Positions 17,158 through 27,515 of a stretch of 64,000 nt of DNA are shown one piece after another. The first letter of the stretch is position 1, and each line of letters starts with the position of its first letter. The position numbers and the translations under genes are program-made. The notes below the pieces were generated by a model. That model was given only the letters and a program-made list of their open reading frames with translations. It had not been told where the DNA came from and searched no databases. Where the stretch lies: assembly GCA_964350875.1 (NCBI GenBank), contig CAYGLT010000001.1, forward strand, positions 6,199 to 70,198. The letters run 5' to 3'. Source of the stretch: an uncultured Phycisphaeraceae bacterium (lineage in GTDB: Bacteria; Planctomycetota; Phycisphaerae; Phycisphaerales; UBA1924).

Positions 17158-18210
17158 TCAGTCGGGCCGGCGCGCGATGGTGTACATGCCGAAGAGGTCG
17201 TCCTCGAAGTTCATCTGCGCGGCCCATCCGAGTTTCTCGCCCATCGCGCGGGCGGTGTCCGTGTCGTCGCGGTTGTACTCGATCACCTCGAACCCGGCGC
17301 GCTCCATCGCGTCCTTCGAGAACGGGCTGCGGCCATCGGCCCAGGGCTTGTACGGCTCGTCGGGGCCGGCCGGCTTCGGGTAGAGGTTGTAGATCACGAA
17401 CAGGCCGCCGGGTCTGAGCGCGTCGTGCGTGGCGCGCAGGAACGAGTCGTCGTCGACGCCGAGGTCGATGAGCATGTTCGGCGAAGGCGGCTCGCGCTCG
17501 GGGTGGATGTACCCGAGTTTGAGCACATTCTTGCTGATGATCAGCGCGTGGCCTGTGCCCACTCCCTGCTTGATCGCGCGATCTCTGGGGAATTGCCCCC
17601 GCAGCACGCTCAGCGATCCGTTCGATCCATCGCCCGCGGCCTTCGCACGCGCGACAACGCCCGTGTCGGAGGCGTTCGCGCTGTACAGCGCGTCGAGGAC
17701 CGGATCGACATCCACGCCCACGGCGTGCGCGCCCAGCGAGGCGAGCATCCTCAGATGACCGATCCCGCCGTAGCCGAAGTCGAAGACTTTCTGGTCGTCG
17801 AATCCGGTCAGTCCGTTCTGCGCGGCGAGGTCGATGGCCCGCGCGTAGGCGACGGGCGTGCCGTAGCGCGTGTAGTAGAAGAACCGCTCCGAGAGTTCGG
17901 TCCGTTCGTACCCGTCGCGGATGACCGCTTCCGTGCCGCGCTCGAACGCTTCGTCCTCGGTCAGCGCGTCTCGTGTCGTCCGGTTGAAGTACACGACCCG
18001 GGCGCCCGGGCGAGGCAGGTCCGCGGCGGAGTCGAGGAAACGCTTCGCGAGTTCGGTCTGCATGAGCGGCCGAACGGCGCGAGCCTCGCGCTGGATGGTG
18101 TCGATGGTGTCAGGGGGATTCCCGGGCTGGGCCCGCGCCGGCGAAATCCAGAGAGGGAGCGTCAGGAGCGCTGCGGACATCCGAAGCAGGAAGTGGGATG
18201 GAGGTCGCAT
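17158..18210 (-). CDS. class I SAM-dependent methyltransferase-like protein with N-terminal signal peptide
   Basis: I chose the ATG at 18210 (MRPPSHFLLRMSAALLTLPLWISPARAQP) over the 5' extension. Motif I-like sequence is VFDFGYGGIGHLRMLASLGAHAVGVDVD, and the post-II stretch is RPGGLFVIYN. Confidence 0.7.
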   Translation of the reverse strand: MRPPSHFLLRMSAALLTLPLWISPARAQPGNPPDTIDTIQREARAVRPLMQTELAKRFLDSAADLPRPGARVVYFNRTTRDALTEDEAFERGTEAVIRDGYERTELSERFFYYTRYGTPVAYARAIDLAAQNGLTGFDDQKVFDFGYGGIGHLRMLASLGAHAVGVDVDPVLDALYSANASDTGVVARAKAAGDGSNGSLSVLRGQFPRDRAIKQGVGTGHALIISKNVLKLGYIHPEREPPSPNMLIDLGVDDDSFLRATHDALRPGGLFVIYNLYPKPAGPDEPYKPWADGRSPFSKDAMERAGFEVIEYNRDDTDTARAMGEKLGWAAQMNFEDDLFGMYTIARRPD

Positions 18211-18361
18211 GATGGGTACCGCCAGAGAAGGGGGGTGGATGGCCGTTTGGATGTGTTTCGGCCGTTCGGCGCTGGTAGGATGAAGCGGATATCGGGTTTC
18301 GCCGACGATACGGACGAGCGTTGTGCGCCCGGATCCTGCACACCGAGTTGGGGAGATCAGC

Positions 18362-18826
18362 GTGAGCCAGAACTCGAACAAGTCATCCGGCGGCAACCCG
18401 CCGCTACCGTACTGGGATGAATACCTGGCGACGATCCTCCGCCCGCGGGTCGAGCGCATCGCGCAGGGGCTCGCGTCGAAAGTCGAGAAGTCAGCGATGG
18501 ATGCGCTCGCCCGACGCATCGCCGACGAGCAGCCGAACTTCCCCGGCGGCCCGGACGCGATCGAGCAGGTTTTGCGCGACACGCTCGGACTTCGCTTCCA
18601 AGTCACGCTGGAGCCGATCTTTGGCGTTCATGGAGAGGGGGCCGCCGTCGACGACGGCGAAGGGTTTCCGGAAGGGGACCTGACGGATCAGCAATCCGCT
18701 GCAGGCGAGATTGTCGATCCCGAAACCGGCGATGTGATCGAGGATCACGAGTCGGTCATCCAGCGGCGGCCTTTCGACAACCCGCTCGCACGGGCGGTCG
18801 GTATCCGCAAGGACCGCGGCCGGTAA
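18362..18826 (+). CDS. acidic hypothetical protein
   Basis: GTG at 18362 lies 6 nt after GGGGAG (18350-18355). GC3-rich frame with a TAA stop. No recognisable domain or signal peptide. Confidence 0.55.
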   Translation: MSQNSNKSSGGNPPLPYWDEYLATILRPRVERIAQGLASKVEKSAMDALARRIADEQPNFPGGPDAIEQVLRDTLGLRFQVTLEPIFGVHGEGAAVDDGEGFPEGDLTDQQSAAGEIVDPETGDVIEDHESVIQRRPFDNPLARAVGIRKDRGR

Positions 18827-18884
18827 ATATCCCTTCAGAGAGGGATGAAACCGGCGCTCCCGGGTGTTCCGTATATCTTGGTGT

Positions 18885-21707
18885 ATGCGGATTCCGGCGC
18901 ACGAGGAAGCGGGACCATGCGTTCGTCACTTCACGACGCTCCTGTGTTGTGCGCTCGCGGCGTCCGCACCAGCGCTTGCGCAGGCGCCTCCCAACGGACT
19001 CCCGATCGACGGCCCGGGCGCCGTGCCGATCGATCTTCCTCCGTCGACTCCGCCGCCCTCGTTCGTGCTCGATCTCGGCGCTGAGGGTTCGCCTTCGGGA
19101 CTGACCCTCTTCGCGCTGCTCCCCGCCGCGTCCGCGCAGTCGGCGCTCGAACTCCCCCTCGCCGAAAGTCCGGGCGGCCCGCGCGTCGTGACCGCGACCA
19201 ACCGCGTCGTGGTCGGCTTCCTACCCGTCGTCGCCGAGTATGTCGTGCGCAACCGCTTCCGAAATGCGGGAGTGACGGGCGAAGTCCGTCGCTTGCAAGG
19301 CCCGAGCGGGAACGGCCCGCCGAATGTATGGATCGCCGAGGTCGCGAGCGCGGCCGAAGCGTTCCGCGTCTCCGACGACATCCTTGCGGCGCCTGGCGTG
19401 CGGTACGCGCACCCAGACCTGCGCTTCGAACAACGCTTCTTCTCGATCGACGACGCGCTCTACCCCGAGCAGTGGCACCTCAACAACACGGGGCAGTCGA
19501 GTGGGGCCGCCGGTCTGGACTCGAATGTCGAACCCGCGTGGGACATCACCCTCGGGAGCGGCGTCATCGTCGGCCTTCTCGATCAGGGCGTCGATCCGAA
19601 CCACCCCGACTACGCGCCCAATGTCGCGGGCGAGTTCCGCAACAACTTCGATCCGCTGCGCCCCGCCGAGACCGGGACGCACGGCACCGCGATGGCCGGC
19701 CTGATCAGCGCACGCGACAACACGATCGGTGTGCGCGGTGTCGCGCCGCGGTCGCGGCTCTTCATCGCGCCCGTCGAGGGCCGCTCCGACGCCGAGATCA
19801 CCGAAGCGATGTACGAGGCCGACGCCGCCGGCGCGGATGTGCTCTGCAACGCGTGGGCGCCGCGATCGCTCGGCATCGTCTCGGGCGTCCTTCTCGACGG
19901 CATCAGCGATCTCGTGGACCGGGGGCGAGGCGGCAAAGGGCTCGTCTTCGTGGCCAGCGCGGGCGACGCGCAGATCCCCGTCGCGCTCCAGAGCGTCATG
20001 TCGTCGCTCCCGGGCGTCATCACCGTCGGGCGCTACACGAACCGCGGCGCGATCGTGCAACAGGCGTTCGGACCGTGGATGGACTGCCTCGCGCCCGGCG
20101 CCGGAACGACCGCGTCGATCGTGACCACCGATCTTCCCGGCGCTGCCGGCTTCTCGACATCCGAGTACACGCAGGAATTCATCGGCACGAGCGCCGCCAC
20201 CGCGCAGGCGGCAGGCGTCGCCGCGCTCGTGCTCTCGGTGAACCCCAACCTCACCGCGTTGCAGGTCGAGCGGATCGTGAAGGAGCACGCGCGTCGGCCC
20301 GGGCCGAACAACTCGCTCGTCTTCATCGGCTCGGTGCGCCGCTTCGACAACCTGCGCGAGTTCAGTGATTCGGTCGGCTTCGGCCTGATCGACGCCGGCC
20401 GCGCCGTCCAGGCCGCGTCGGACACGCTGCTTACCCCGGACCAGAGTTGGCCCGCGCCGCCGACGAAGGCGCGTCTCCTCGATAACTCCGAGGGCGGTGC
20501 GACCATCACATGGAACAACGCGCCAACCGGGACCGACGGCGAGTACGACCACGCGCTCGTCGTGCGCTTCACGGGCACGCGCGAGTGGGTGCCCTCGGAC
20601 GGAGCGATCTATCTGGTCGGCGACAAACTCGATCAGGGAGTGACCGTGGTCGCCGTCGGTGATTTCGACGAGGTCACCGACCCGAGCATCGAGGCGGGCG
20701 AGCATGCGCAGTACGCCGTGTACACCGTGAACGCCGCGGGGCGCTACAGCCCGGCCGAGACGGTGCTCAAACCTGCTGTCGGGAATGTCGTCGTCTTCCG
20801 CGACGACATGGAGCAGGAGCGGCTGGGCTGGCTCGAAGAGGGCGACTGGGCCCGCGGCGAGCCGGACATCTACAACGCGCGCGGCGGGCAGTCCCCGCTG
20901 CCCCGTCCGTTGCCGCCCGCCATCCTCGGCTTCAACATCCCGCGCTCCGGCGCGAACCTGCGAGCGACACGGCTCGACGGTTTCTACACCACCGGCGCGG
21001 CGAGCGTCCTCACTTCCCCATCGCTCGATCTCAGGAGCGCGGACTACTTCGGCGCAACGCTCACCTTCCACGAACTGCTCGAAGTCGAGGGATACCGCTT
21101 CGACCAATGCAAGATCGAAGTGATCGACGATCCGCCGCTCGGCAGCGATCCGGTCGTGCTCGGGACGCTCCTCGAGGAGCACGACATCACCGCGTACAAG
21201 TGGCGCACCCAGTCGTTCGACCTCACGCCCTATCTCGGTCAGAAGATCCGCATCCGCTGGACGCTCGAGAGCGAGCCGGGCGATTCGCCCGAGTTCCCCG
21301 GGTTCCTCGGCTGGTACATCGACGATGTGCTCGTCACCGCCGCCTGCGCGGGCGACAACTGCCAGGATGTCGAACCACCGCCGCCGCCCCCGCCTCCTCC
21401 TCCGCCACCACCTCCGCCGCCGCCTCCGCCGATCGACGGCTACCTGCCCCGTCTGATTCGCATCGGACTCGACCTCTTCGGCCCGGGGCTGGGCGGTCCC
21501 GGCGATGCAGCCGACGCGGCCCCGGCGCCCGTCGAGCCGGAAACGCTCTCGCGGTTCCTCCGGACCATCGGCACGGTCAAGGGTGAGTCGCCCTTCGACG
21601 CCGCGTTCGATTTCGACGGCGACGGGTACATCGGTATCCGTGACCTGACCGCGTTGCTGCAAGGCGCCCAGCCGATCGTCGAGCACGATTGGCGCAAGGC
21701 CCGCTGA
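18885..21707 (+). CDS. secreted kexin/furin-like (S8B-like) subtilase with accessory beta-sandwich domains, poly-Pro linker and single EF-hand-like tail
   Basis: The pro-convertase-like stretch [51 protein letters not shown] is present. Catalytic contexts are HGTAMAGLI (His) and [11 protein letters not shown] (Ser). The tail is [21 protein letters not shown] at 18885. Confidence 0.85.
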   Translation: MRIPAHEEAGPCVRHFTTLLCCALAASAPALAQAPPNGLPIDGPGAVPIDLPPSTPPPSFVLDLGAEGSPSGLTLFALLPAASAQSALELPLAESPGGPRVVTATNRVVVGFLPVVAEYVVRNRFRNAGVTGEVRRLQGPSGNGPPNVWIAEVASAAEAFRVSDDILAAPGVRYAHPDLRFEQRFFSIDDALYPEQWHLNNTGQSSGAAGLDSNVEPAWDITLGSGVIVGLLDQGVDPNHPDYAPNVAGEFRNNFDPLRPAETGTHGTAMAGLISARDNTIGVRGVAPRSRLFIAPVEGRSDAEITEAMYEADAAGADVLCNAWAPRSLGIVSGVLLDGISDLVDRGRGGKGLVFVASAGDAQIPVALQSVMSSLPGVITVGRYTNRGAIVQQAFGPWMDCLAPGAGTTASIVTTDLPGAAGFSTSEYTQEFIGTSAATAQAAGVAALVLSVNPNLTALQVERIVKEHARRPGPNNSLVFIGSVRRFDNLREFSDSVGFGLIDAGRAVQAASDTLLTPDQSWPAPPTKARLLDNSEGGATITWNNAPTGTDGEYDHALVVRFTGTREWVPSDGAIYLVGDKLDQGVTVVAVGDFDEVTDPSIEAGEHAQYAVYTVNAAGRYSPAETVLKPAVGNVVVFRDDMEQERLGWLEEGDWARGEPDIYNARGGQSPLPRPLPPAILGFNIPRSGANLRATRLDGFYTTGAASVLTSPSLDLRSADYFGATLTFHELLEVEGYRFDQCKIEVIDDPPLGSDPVVLGTLLEEHDITAYKWRTQSFDLTPYLGQKIRIRWTLESEPGDSPEFPGFLGWYIDDVLVTAACAGDNCQDVEPPPPPPPPPPPPPPPPPPPIDGYLPRLIRIGLDLFGPGLGGPGDAADAAPAPVEPETLSRFLRTIGTVKGESPFDAAFDFDGDGYIGIRDLTALLQGAQPIVEHDWRKAR
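21375..21431 (+). repeat. run of 19 consecutive proline codons (mixed CCN)
   Basis: I hand-counted the codons cca ccg ccg ccg ccc ccg cct cct cct ccg cca cca cct ccg ccg ccg cct ccg ccg, in frame within the S8B-like gene. Confidence 0.9.
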
Positions 21708-21751
21708 GCCCGCGCAGGACAGGGGCGGCTCCGCTCGCTACTCTGGCGTCT

Positions 21752-22282
21752 ATGGCGTCCACACACCCGACGAAAGCCCCGCTTGTGGGCGTCATCATGG
21801 GATCGCAAAGCGATTGGGAAACGATGTCCCACGCCTGCGACACCCTGCGCGACCTCGGCGTCCCCTTCGAGTCCAAGGTCGTTTCCGCGCACCGGACCCC
21901 GGACCTGCTGTTCGAGTACGCGGGTTCCGCCGAATCACGCGGCCTGCGCGCCATCATCGCCGGCGCGGGCGGCGCCGCGCACCTCCCCGGTATGTGCGCG
22001 AGCAAAACCGCCCTCCCCGTGCTCGGTGTCCCCGTGCAATCCAAGGCCCTGAGCGGCATGGACTCGCTCCTCTCCATCGCGCAGATGCCCGCCGGGATCC
22101 CCGTCGCCACCCTCGCGATCGGCAAGGCCGGCGCCATCAACGCTGCCCTCCTCGCCGCGGCGATCCTCGCGACCACCGACAACGCCGTGCGCGAGTCGCT
22201 CCACAAGTTCCGCGAGGCCCAGACCCGCAAGGTCCTCGACAACCCCGACCCGGGATCGCCCGCGAACGGAGGCCGCGCGTGA
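21752..22282 (+). CDS. purE: N5-carboxyaminoimidazole ribonucleotide mutase
   Basis: Diagnostic stretches are [21 protein letters not shown] and [24 protein letters not shown]. Confidence 0.95.
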   Translation: MASTHPTKAPLVGVIMGSQSDWETMSHACDTLRDLGVPFESKVVSAHRTPDLLFEYAGSAESRGLRAIIAGAGGAAHLPGMCASKTALPVLGVPVQSKALSGMDSLLSIAQMPAGIPVATLAIGKAGAINAALLAAAILATTDNAVRESLHKFREAQTRKVLDNPDPGSPANGGRA

Positions 22283-23421
22283 TTCATCAGCAGACAACAC
22301 CCCACGCGGGCCTGCGCGTCGGCGTGCTCGGCGGAGGCCAACTCGGGCGCATGCTCGCGCTCTCCGGACTCCCTCTCGGCGCTCGTTTCACTTTCCTCGA
22401 CCCGTCGCCCGACGCGTGCTCGCGCGATGTCGGCCCGCTCATCGTCGCCGGGTACGACGACCGCCGCGCGCTCGGCAAACTCGCGAGCGAGTCCGACCTC
22501 GTGACCTACGAGTTCGAGAATGTCCCCAGCGACGCAGTGCGCTGGCTCGCGCAGCGCGTCCCGGTCTTCCCCGCGCCCGAGGCGCTCGACGCGTCGCAGG
22601 ACCGCCTGACCGAGAAGCGATTCTTCGAACTGCTCGGCGCCGCCGTCCCGCGCTACGCGCATGTCGATGTCCGTCAGGATCTCTCGGACGCCATCAAGCA
22701 CCTCGGACTCCCCGCCGTCATGAAGACGCGCCGCATGGGCTACGACGGGCGGGGCCAGTGGATCCTGCGCGAGAGCGAAGACGCCGAGGAAGCCGTCCAG
22801 CATCTGGGCGGCTGGGGCATGATCCTCGAGGAGTTCATCGACTTTGACCGCGAGGTATCGATCGTCGCCGCACGCTCGCGCGACGGCGCCGTCGTGTGCA
22901 TGCCGCTCGTCGAGAACCGGCACGACGGGGGCATCCTGCGTGAGACGATCGTCCCCGCGCCGGACACATCGCCCGCGGTGCAGGCCGAGGCCGAGCGCAT
23001 CGCGCGCGGCGCACTCGAGACGCTCAACTATGTCGGCGTGCTCGCCATCGAGTTCTTCCAGGCGGGCGACGCGCTGCTCGTCAACGAGATGGCGCCCCGC
23101 GTGCACAACACCGGGCACTGGTCTATCGACGCCGCGCCCGTGAATCAGTTCGAACAGCACCTCCGCGCGGTCATGGGATTGCCGCTGGGCGACTCCGCTC
23201 CCCGCGCACGGAGCGTCATGCTCAACTGCGTCGGAGGGATGCCCGCCGCGAGCGATCTTCTCGCGATCCCCGGCGTGCGCGTGCACGACTACGGCAAACC
23301 GGTGCGCGTCGGACGCAAGGTCGGGCATGTCACCGTGCTCGAACTCGAACCGAAGGACTCGACCTTCGCCGATCGAACGGCGCGCGTTCGCGAGATCGTC
23401 ACCGCCTCCTGGCGCCGCTGA
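22279..23421 (+). CDS. purK: N5-carboxyaminoimidazole ribonucleotide synthase
   Basis: GTG at 22279 overlaps the purE stop, and GGAGG lies upstream. ATP-grasp features are [13 protein letters not shown] and [12 protein letters not shown]. It sits directly after purE. Confidence 0.92.
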   Translation: MIHQQTTPHAGLRVGVLGGGQLGRMLALSGLPLGARFTFLDPSPDACSRDVGPLIVAGYDDRRALGKLASESDLVTYEFENVPSDAVRWLAQRVPVFPAPEALDASQDRLTEKRFFELLGAAVPRYAHVDVRQDLSDAIKHLGLPAVMKTRRMGYDGRGQWILRESEDAEEAVQHLGGWGMILEEFIDFDREVSIVAARSRDGAVVCMPLVENRHDGGILRETIVPAPDTSPAVQAEAERIARGALETLNYVGVLAIEFFQAGDALLVNEMAPRVHNTGHWSIDAAPVNQFEQHLRAVMGLPLGDSAPRARSVMLNCVGGMPAASDLLAIPGVRVHDYGKPVRVGRKVGHVTVLELEPKDSTFADRTARVREIVTASWRR

Positions 23422-23426
23422 GGCGT

Positions 23427-25121
23427 TCAGTCGAATCCGACAGGCGAGTCGGGCGATTCATACACCGCCTCGCCTCCGATCACCGTCGCATACACCACCG
23501 TGCCAGCGATCTCGTCGGCGTCGATCGTCATCACATCGCGGTCGATCACCACGAAGTCTGCGAGTTTGCCCGGTTCGATCGATCCCTTCATCGATTCCGT
23601 GTACTCCGCGTACGCGGCGCCGAGCGTGAACCCGCGCAGCGCCTCCTCGCGCGTCACGCGTTCCTCGGGGCGCCACCCGCCCTCGGGCTGGTTGTCCCGG
23701 TTCTCACGGGTGATCGCCGCGTGGAGCCCGAAGAACGGGTTCTCCGGCTCGACGGGAAAGTCGCTCCCGAACGCGACCGGCACGCCCGCGCGGAGCAGCG
23801 TCGCCCACGCATATGAGCCCTTTGCGCGGTCCTTGCCGATTCGGTCCTCGACCCATCGCATGTCGCTCGTGCAATGCGTTGGCTGCATCGACGCGATCAC
23901 GCCCAGCGAGGCCATCAGCGGCACATCGTCGAGGTCCAGCATCTGCGCGTGCTCGATGCGGAACCCGCGGAAGTCCGCGCGCTCACGCTCGGGGATTCTG
24001 CGCTCCGCCGCGCGAAACGCGTGGAGAACCTCCGCGTTCCCGCGATCGCCGATCGCGTGCACGGTCACCTGGTACCCCAGCGGCCACGCGTGCTCCGCGA
24101 GTTCGCGCACCGCGCTCGGGGGCGTCAACGCCAGCCCCGTGTACGGGCGGCCGCGATCATCGGTCGGTCGATCGGAGTACGGCGCCTTGAGCCACGCGCC
24201 GCGCGAACCCATAGCCCCGTCCATGTACGCCTTGGTCCCGCGCATCGTGAAACGATCGCCCACGATGGGCTTGTTCTGCGAGAACCACTCGATCGCGTCG
24301 CCAGCATGAATCATCGCGTATACGCGCAGTCTTAGACGTCCGTCGCCCGCGAGCCGCTGATACACATCAATATCGTGGGGCGAGATACCCATGTCGTGCG
24401 CGCCGGTCAGGCCCGCCGCCAGGCACATCTCCTGGGCCTTGAGGATCGACGCTTCCGCTGTCATCGACTCGTCGTCGATCACGCCTCCCACGAGCGACAT
24501 CGCGTTGTCGATGAGCACGCCCGTCGGCTCGCCGTCGGCGTCGCGCAGGATCTCCCCGCCGGGCGGGTTCGGCGTGTCGCGGGTGATGCCCGCCAGCCGC
24601 ATGGCGGCGGCGTTCGCGAGCCCAGCGTGGCCGTCCACCCGGCGCAGCCACACCGGGTTGTCCGGTGTGACCTCGCTGAGCCGGTGATGGGTCGGCAGGT
24701 CCTTCCCGGGCCAACTCTCGTGGTCCCATCGACCGCCGAGCACCCACGCGCCCGCGTCCTTCTCGGTCGCGGCGCCGCGCACGGAGACGACGACCGCGTC
24801 GAAATCATCCGCGTAGGTGAAATCGAGCAGGCCCAGCCCGTACTCGCCAAGACCCTGCATGTGCCCGTGCGCGTCGATCAGTCCGGGAAGCACCGTCATA
24901 CCGCGCAGATCGACAACGCGTGTCGGCTGATCCGCCGTGCGTGCGGCGACACCCTCCGCGCCGACGGCGATGATCGTCGCGCCTTCCACCGCAAACTCGC
25001 TCACGCGCGGCCGCTCCGGATCCATCGTGTAGATGTTGCCGTTGCGGTACACCGTGACCTCGGCGAGGCCAGGCGCGGCCGCGACGATGATCGACAACGC
25101 CGCGGCGATGAGACGACGCAT
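23427..25121 (-). CDS. secreted metal-dependent amidohydrolase (Amidohydro_3/YtcJ-like)
   Basis: The signal peptide is MRRLIAAALSIIVAAAPGLA. The metal motif GLIDAHGHM is present, with later HAIGD and GSDFPVE. Confidence 0.85.
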   Translation of the reverse strand: MRRLIAAALSIIVAAAPGLAEVTVYRNGNIYTMDPERPRVSEFAVEGATIIAVGAEGVAARTADQPTRVVDLRGMTVLPGLIDAHGHMQGLGEYGLGLLDFTYADDFDAVVVSVRGAATEKDAGAWVLGGRWDHESWPGKDLPTHHRLSEVTPDNPVWLRRVDGHAGLANAAAMRLAGITRDTPNPPGGEILRDADGEPTGVLIDNAMSLVGGVIDDESMTAEASILKAQEMCLAAGLTGAHDMGISPHDIDVYQRLAGDGRLRLRVYAMIHAGDAIEWFSQNKPIVGDRFTMRGTKAYMDGAMGSRGAWLKAPYSDRPTDDRGRPYTGLALTPPSAVRELAEHAWPLGYQVTVHAIGDRGNAEVLHAFRAAERRIPERERADFRGFRIEHAQMLDLDDVPLMASLGVIASMQPTHCTSDMRWVEDRIGKDRAKGSYAWATLLRAGVPVAFGSDFPVEPENPFFGLHAAITRENRDNQPEGGWRPEERVTREEALRGFTLGAAYAEYTESMKGSIEPGKLADFVVIDRDVMTIDADEIAGTVVYATVIGGEAVYESPDSPVGFD

Positions 25122-26155
25122 CAGTGGTTCCCCTTCGAGGCGCCGCTCAGCACACGCACCGCGTGCTCGACACCCTGCGCCACCATCGTCAGTCGTTGGA
25201 GATCGAGCGTCTCGATGGTGTCACTGGCCTTGTGATAGTGCGGGTTTCGGAAGTTGCTGGTGTCCGTGACCATGACCGCGGGCACGCCGATGATCCAGAA
25301 CGGCGCGTGATCGGAGCGTCGGGTGTCGGGCATCGCCTCGCCGTTGCCCGGCACGAAGTCCACCGTGAATGTCTTGAGGTGGGGGGCGCCCGACTCCATG
25401 AGCATCACGAGTTCGCGTGCGAACGACGACGACGCCTGGTTCGCGATGATCACGATTGAATCACCGACGGTGGGGGGCTCGAACACGCCCGGGATGCGCG
25501 GGATGGGCGAACGCTGGCTGTTCGGCTCGTCGGAGAAGTAACCGATCATCTCGAGGTTGATCACGCCGACGATCCGCTGCTCGCTGGAGCGCAGTTCCGC
25601 GATCCGCGCGTGCTCGAACGACCCGTCCAGGCCCTGCTCTTCGACATTGAACAGCGCGAAGCGCACGGTGCGATCGGTTTGCGCCGCGAATGCGGGCGAC
25701 GACAGCCGACGCGCCACCTCCATCAGCCCCGCGACGCCCGAAGCGTTGTCGTCGGCGCCGGGCGATCCGGCGACGGCGTCGTAGTGCGCGCACACCAGCA
25801 GCACCTCGTCGGGACGAGTGTTGCCCGGGATCTCCACAATGATGTTGTTCCACCCCGCGGGCGCCGCGTCGTCGGGCCACGGGATCGGCTCCAGCGTCGG
25901 CGAATACCCGTAGTCCGCGAGACGGCGCATCAAGTCCCGCTCGGCGGCCTGCAGACCCGGCGAACCGGCGCGCTCCAGCGTCGCGACTCGCTCGGTCGGG
26001 ATCGCGAGGATCTGCCCCTCGATCGTGCGCGGCGTGATCGGTCCCGCGTACGCGGGCGGGCGGCGCACAGGCGCCGACGCCGTCGTGGCGCACGCGCTGT
26101 GAACGACGGCCGACAGGATCAACGCGGTTCCGGCGAGGATGGTCTTCGTGCTCAT
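25121..26155 (-). CDS. secreted M28 family aminopeptidase
   Basis: A signal peptide is present. Zn-ligand contexts are VLLVCAHYDAV, GADDNASGVAGLMEVAR and FALFNVEEQGLDGS. The stop overlaps the downstream amidohydrolase ATG by 1 nt. Confidence 0.85.
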   Translation of the reverse strand: MSTKTILAGTALILSAVVHSACATTASAPVRRPPAYAGPITPRTIEGQILAIPTERVATLERAGSPGLQAAERDLMRRLADYGYSPTLEPIPWPDDAAPAGWNNIIVEIPGNTRPDEVLLVCAHYDAVAGSPGADDNASGVAGLMEVARRLSSPAFAAQTDRTVRFALFNVEEQGLDGSFEHARIAELRSSEQRIVGVINLEMIGYFSDEPNSQRSPIPRIPGVFEPPTVGDSIVIIANQASSSFARELVMLMESGAPHLKTFTVDFVPGNGEAMPDTRRSDHAPFWIIGVPAVMVTDTSNFRNPHYHKASDTIETLDLQRLTMVAQGVEHAVRVLSGASKGNH

Positions 26156-26187
26156 GCCGCCATGGTACAGGCAGTCGGCCGCCGCGC

Positions 26188-27102
26188 TCAGTCGATGTCC
26201 AGCCCGAGGTCGAGCGACACGGCGGAGCGGGTCAGCCCGCCCACGGAGATCCGGTCAACGCCGGTCTCCGCGATTCCCCGGACCGTGTCCAGTCCGACAC
26301 CCCCGGACGCCTCCAGCAGCAGCGATGCGTTCTGCGCGTCGCGCAGCCCGACCGCTTCGCGCAGTTGCTCCAGCGACATGTTGTCGAGCAGCGCGATATC
26401 CACGAGCCCGGCGTCGACTTCGAGAAGACGCGCGAACTGGTCGAGGGTGTCCACCTCGACTTCCACGAAGAGCGCATCGTGGCGTTCCTTCGCCTCGCGC
26501 GCGGCGCTCGCGACCGCGTCGCGGAGTGCCTCCCCGCTCAGGTGCGCGATGTGGTTGTCCTTGATGAGCACGGCGTCGGACAGACCGAGCCGGTGCGACC
26601 GGCCGCCGCCGCATCGCACGGCGTACTTCTCGAACGCGCGCAGGCCGGGCGTGGTCTTGCGAGTATCGAGGATCGCGGCCTTGGTTCCTCGCACCGCATC
26701 GACAAACCGCGCGGTCATGGTCGCCACGCCCGACATCTTGCCAAGCAGGTTGAGCATGGTGCGCTCGAGCGTCACCAGTTGCGCGAGATCGCCGCGCAGT
26801 TCCACGAGCGTGTCACGCGACGAGACCCGATCGCCATCCCGCAGCGCGGGGGTGATCGCGAGCGAGGTCCCGAAGACCTCCGCGAGCAGCGGCAACGCGG
26901 CAAGACCGGACACAACGCCCTCGTCGCGCGCCCGGAGCACGGCTGTCGCCTCACGCGTTTCCGAGTGCATCACCGTGGCCGTCAGATCACGACCATCCGA
27001 GAGGTCTTCATCGCGGGCGAGTTCGAGCAGCCGACGCGCGCGGCCGTCACGCGAAAGGTGCGTCCAGAGCGAGGGAAGATCAAGCGAGTTCGGGTCGATC
27101 AT
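26188..27102 (-). CDS. nadC: nicotinate-nucleotide pyrophosphorylase (carboxylating)
   Basis: Diagnostic stretches are ERTMLNLLGKMSGVAT, ILDTRKTTPGLR, KYAVRCGGGRSHRLGLSDAVLIKDNH and LDNM. I chose the ATG at 27102 over the non-coding-looking 5' extension. Confidence 0.92.
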   Translation of the reverse strand: MIDPNSLDLPSLWTHLSRDGRARRLLELARDEDLSDGRDLTATVMHSETREATAVLRARDEGVVSGLAALPLLAEVFGTSLAITPALRDGDRVSSRDTLVELRGDLAQLVTLERTMLNLLGKMSGVATMTARFVDAVRGTKAAILDTRKTTPGLRAFEKYAVRCGGGRSHRLGLSDAVLIKDNHIAHLSGEALRDAVASAAREAKERHDALFVEVEVDTLDQFARLLEVDAGLVDIALLDNMSLEQLREAVGLRDAQNASLLLEASGGVGLDTVRGIAETGVDRISVGGLTRSAVSLDLGLDID

Positions 27103-27515
27103 GCGGGCGATCGTAGGGGGGCATCGCTCAGCGGGAGCACCTGCCACGCGTTGCCCGTGAAGCGTTTGTAGACCGGCGACTCTGCCGATTCGACGAAGTC
27201 GTCCAGCCACATCAGCGTCGCGTACCGGGAGCGGAGTTTCGCTTCCCACGCTTCGTCCGGGCCGCAGACAAGGTGATTGTATTTCGCTTTCAGATCCATG
27301 AGCGAGTCGGGCGTCAGGCCTTCGTAGCATTCGACCCTCGTCATGGTCGCTCGGGCGCGCATCGGGCCGCCGCTCTGCTTCATGTACAGCGTGTCGCCCG
27401 CAGACGCGATCCCGAACGGCGGAATGCGGTTGCGTGAGAGACGCAACTCCACACGCTTCTCCCGGCGCAGGATCATGTCGATGTACTTCGCGTAGATCAC
27501 CGCGACATGGATCAT
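27099..27515 (-). CDS. ASCH domain protein
   Basis: MIHVAVIYAKYIDMILRREKRVELRLSRNRIPPFG fits the ASCH beta-barrel N-terminus. It has 4-nt overlaps with lpxK (upstream) and nadC (downstream), and visibly lower GC than its neighbours. Confidence 0.7.
   Translation of the reverse strand: MIHVAVIYAKYIDMILRREKRVELRLSRNRIPPFGIASAGDTLYMKQSGGPMRARATMTRVECYEGLTPDSLMDLKAKYNHLVCGPDEAWEAKLRSRYATLMWLDDFVESAESPVYKRFTGNAWQVLPLSDAPLRSPA

Noticed and set aside
21375-21431. The poly-C-rich tract as a phase-variable simple sequence repeat or contingency locus.
   Set aside because: It is a mixed-codon (cca/ccg/ccc/cct) run, not a homopolymer or perfect trinucleotide repeat. Any length change in units of 3 keeps the frame, so an on/off switch is unlikely.
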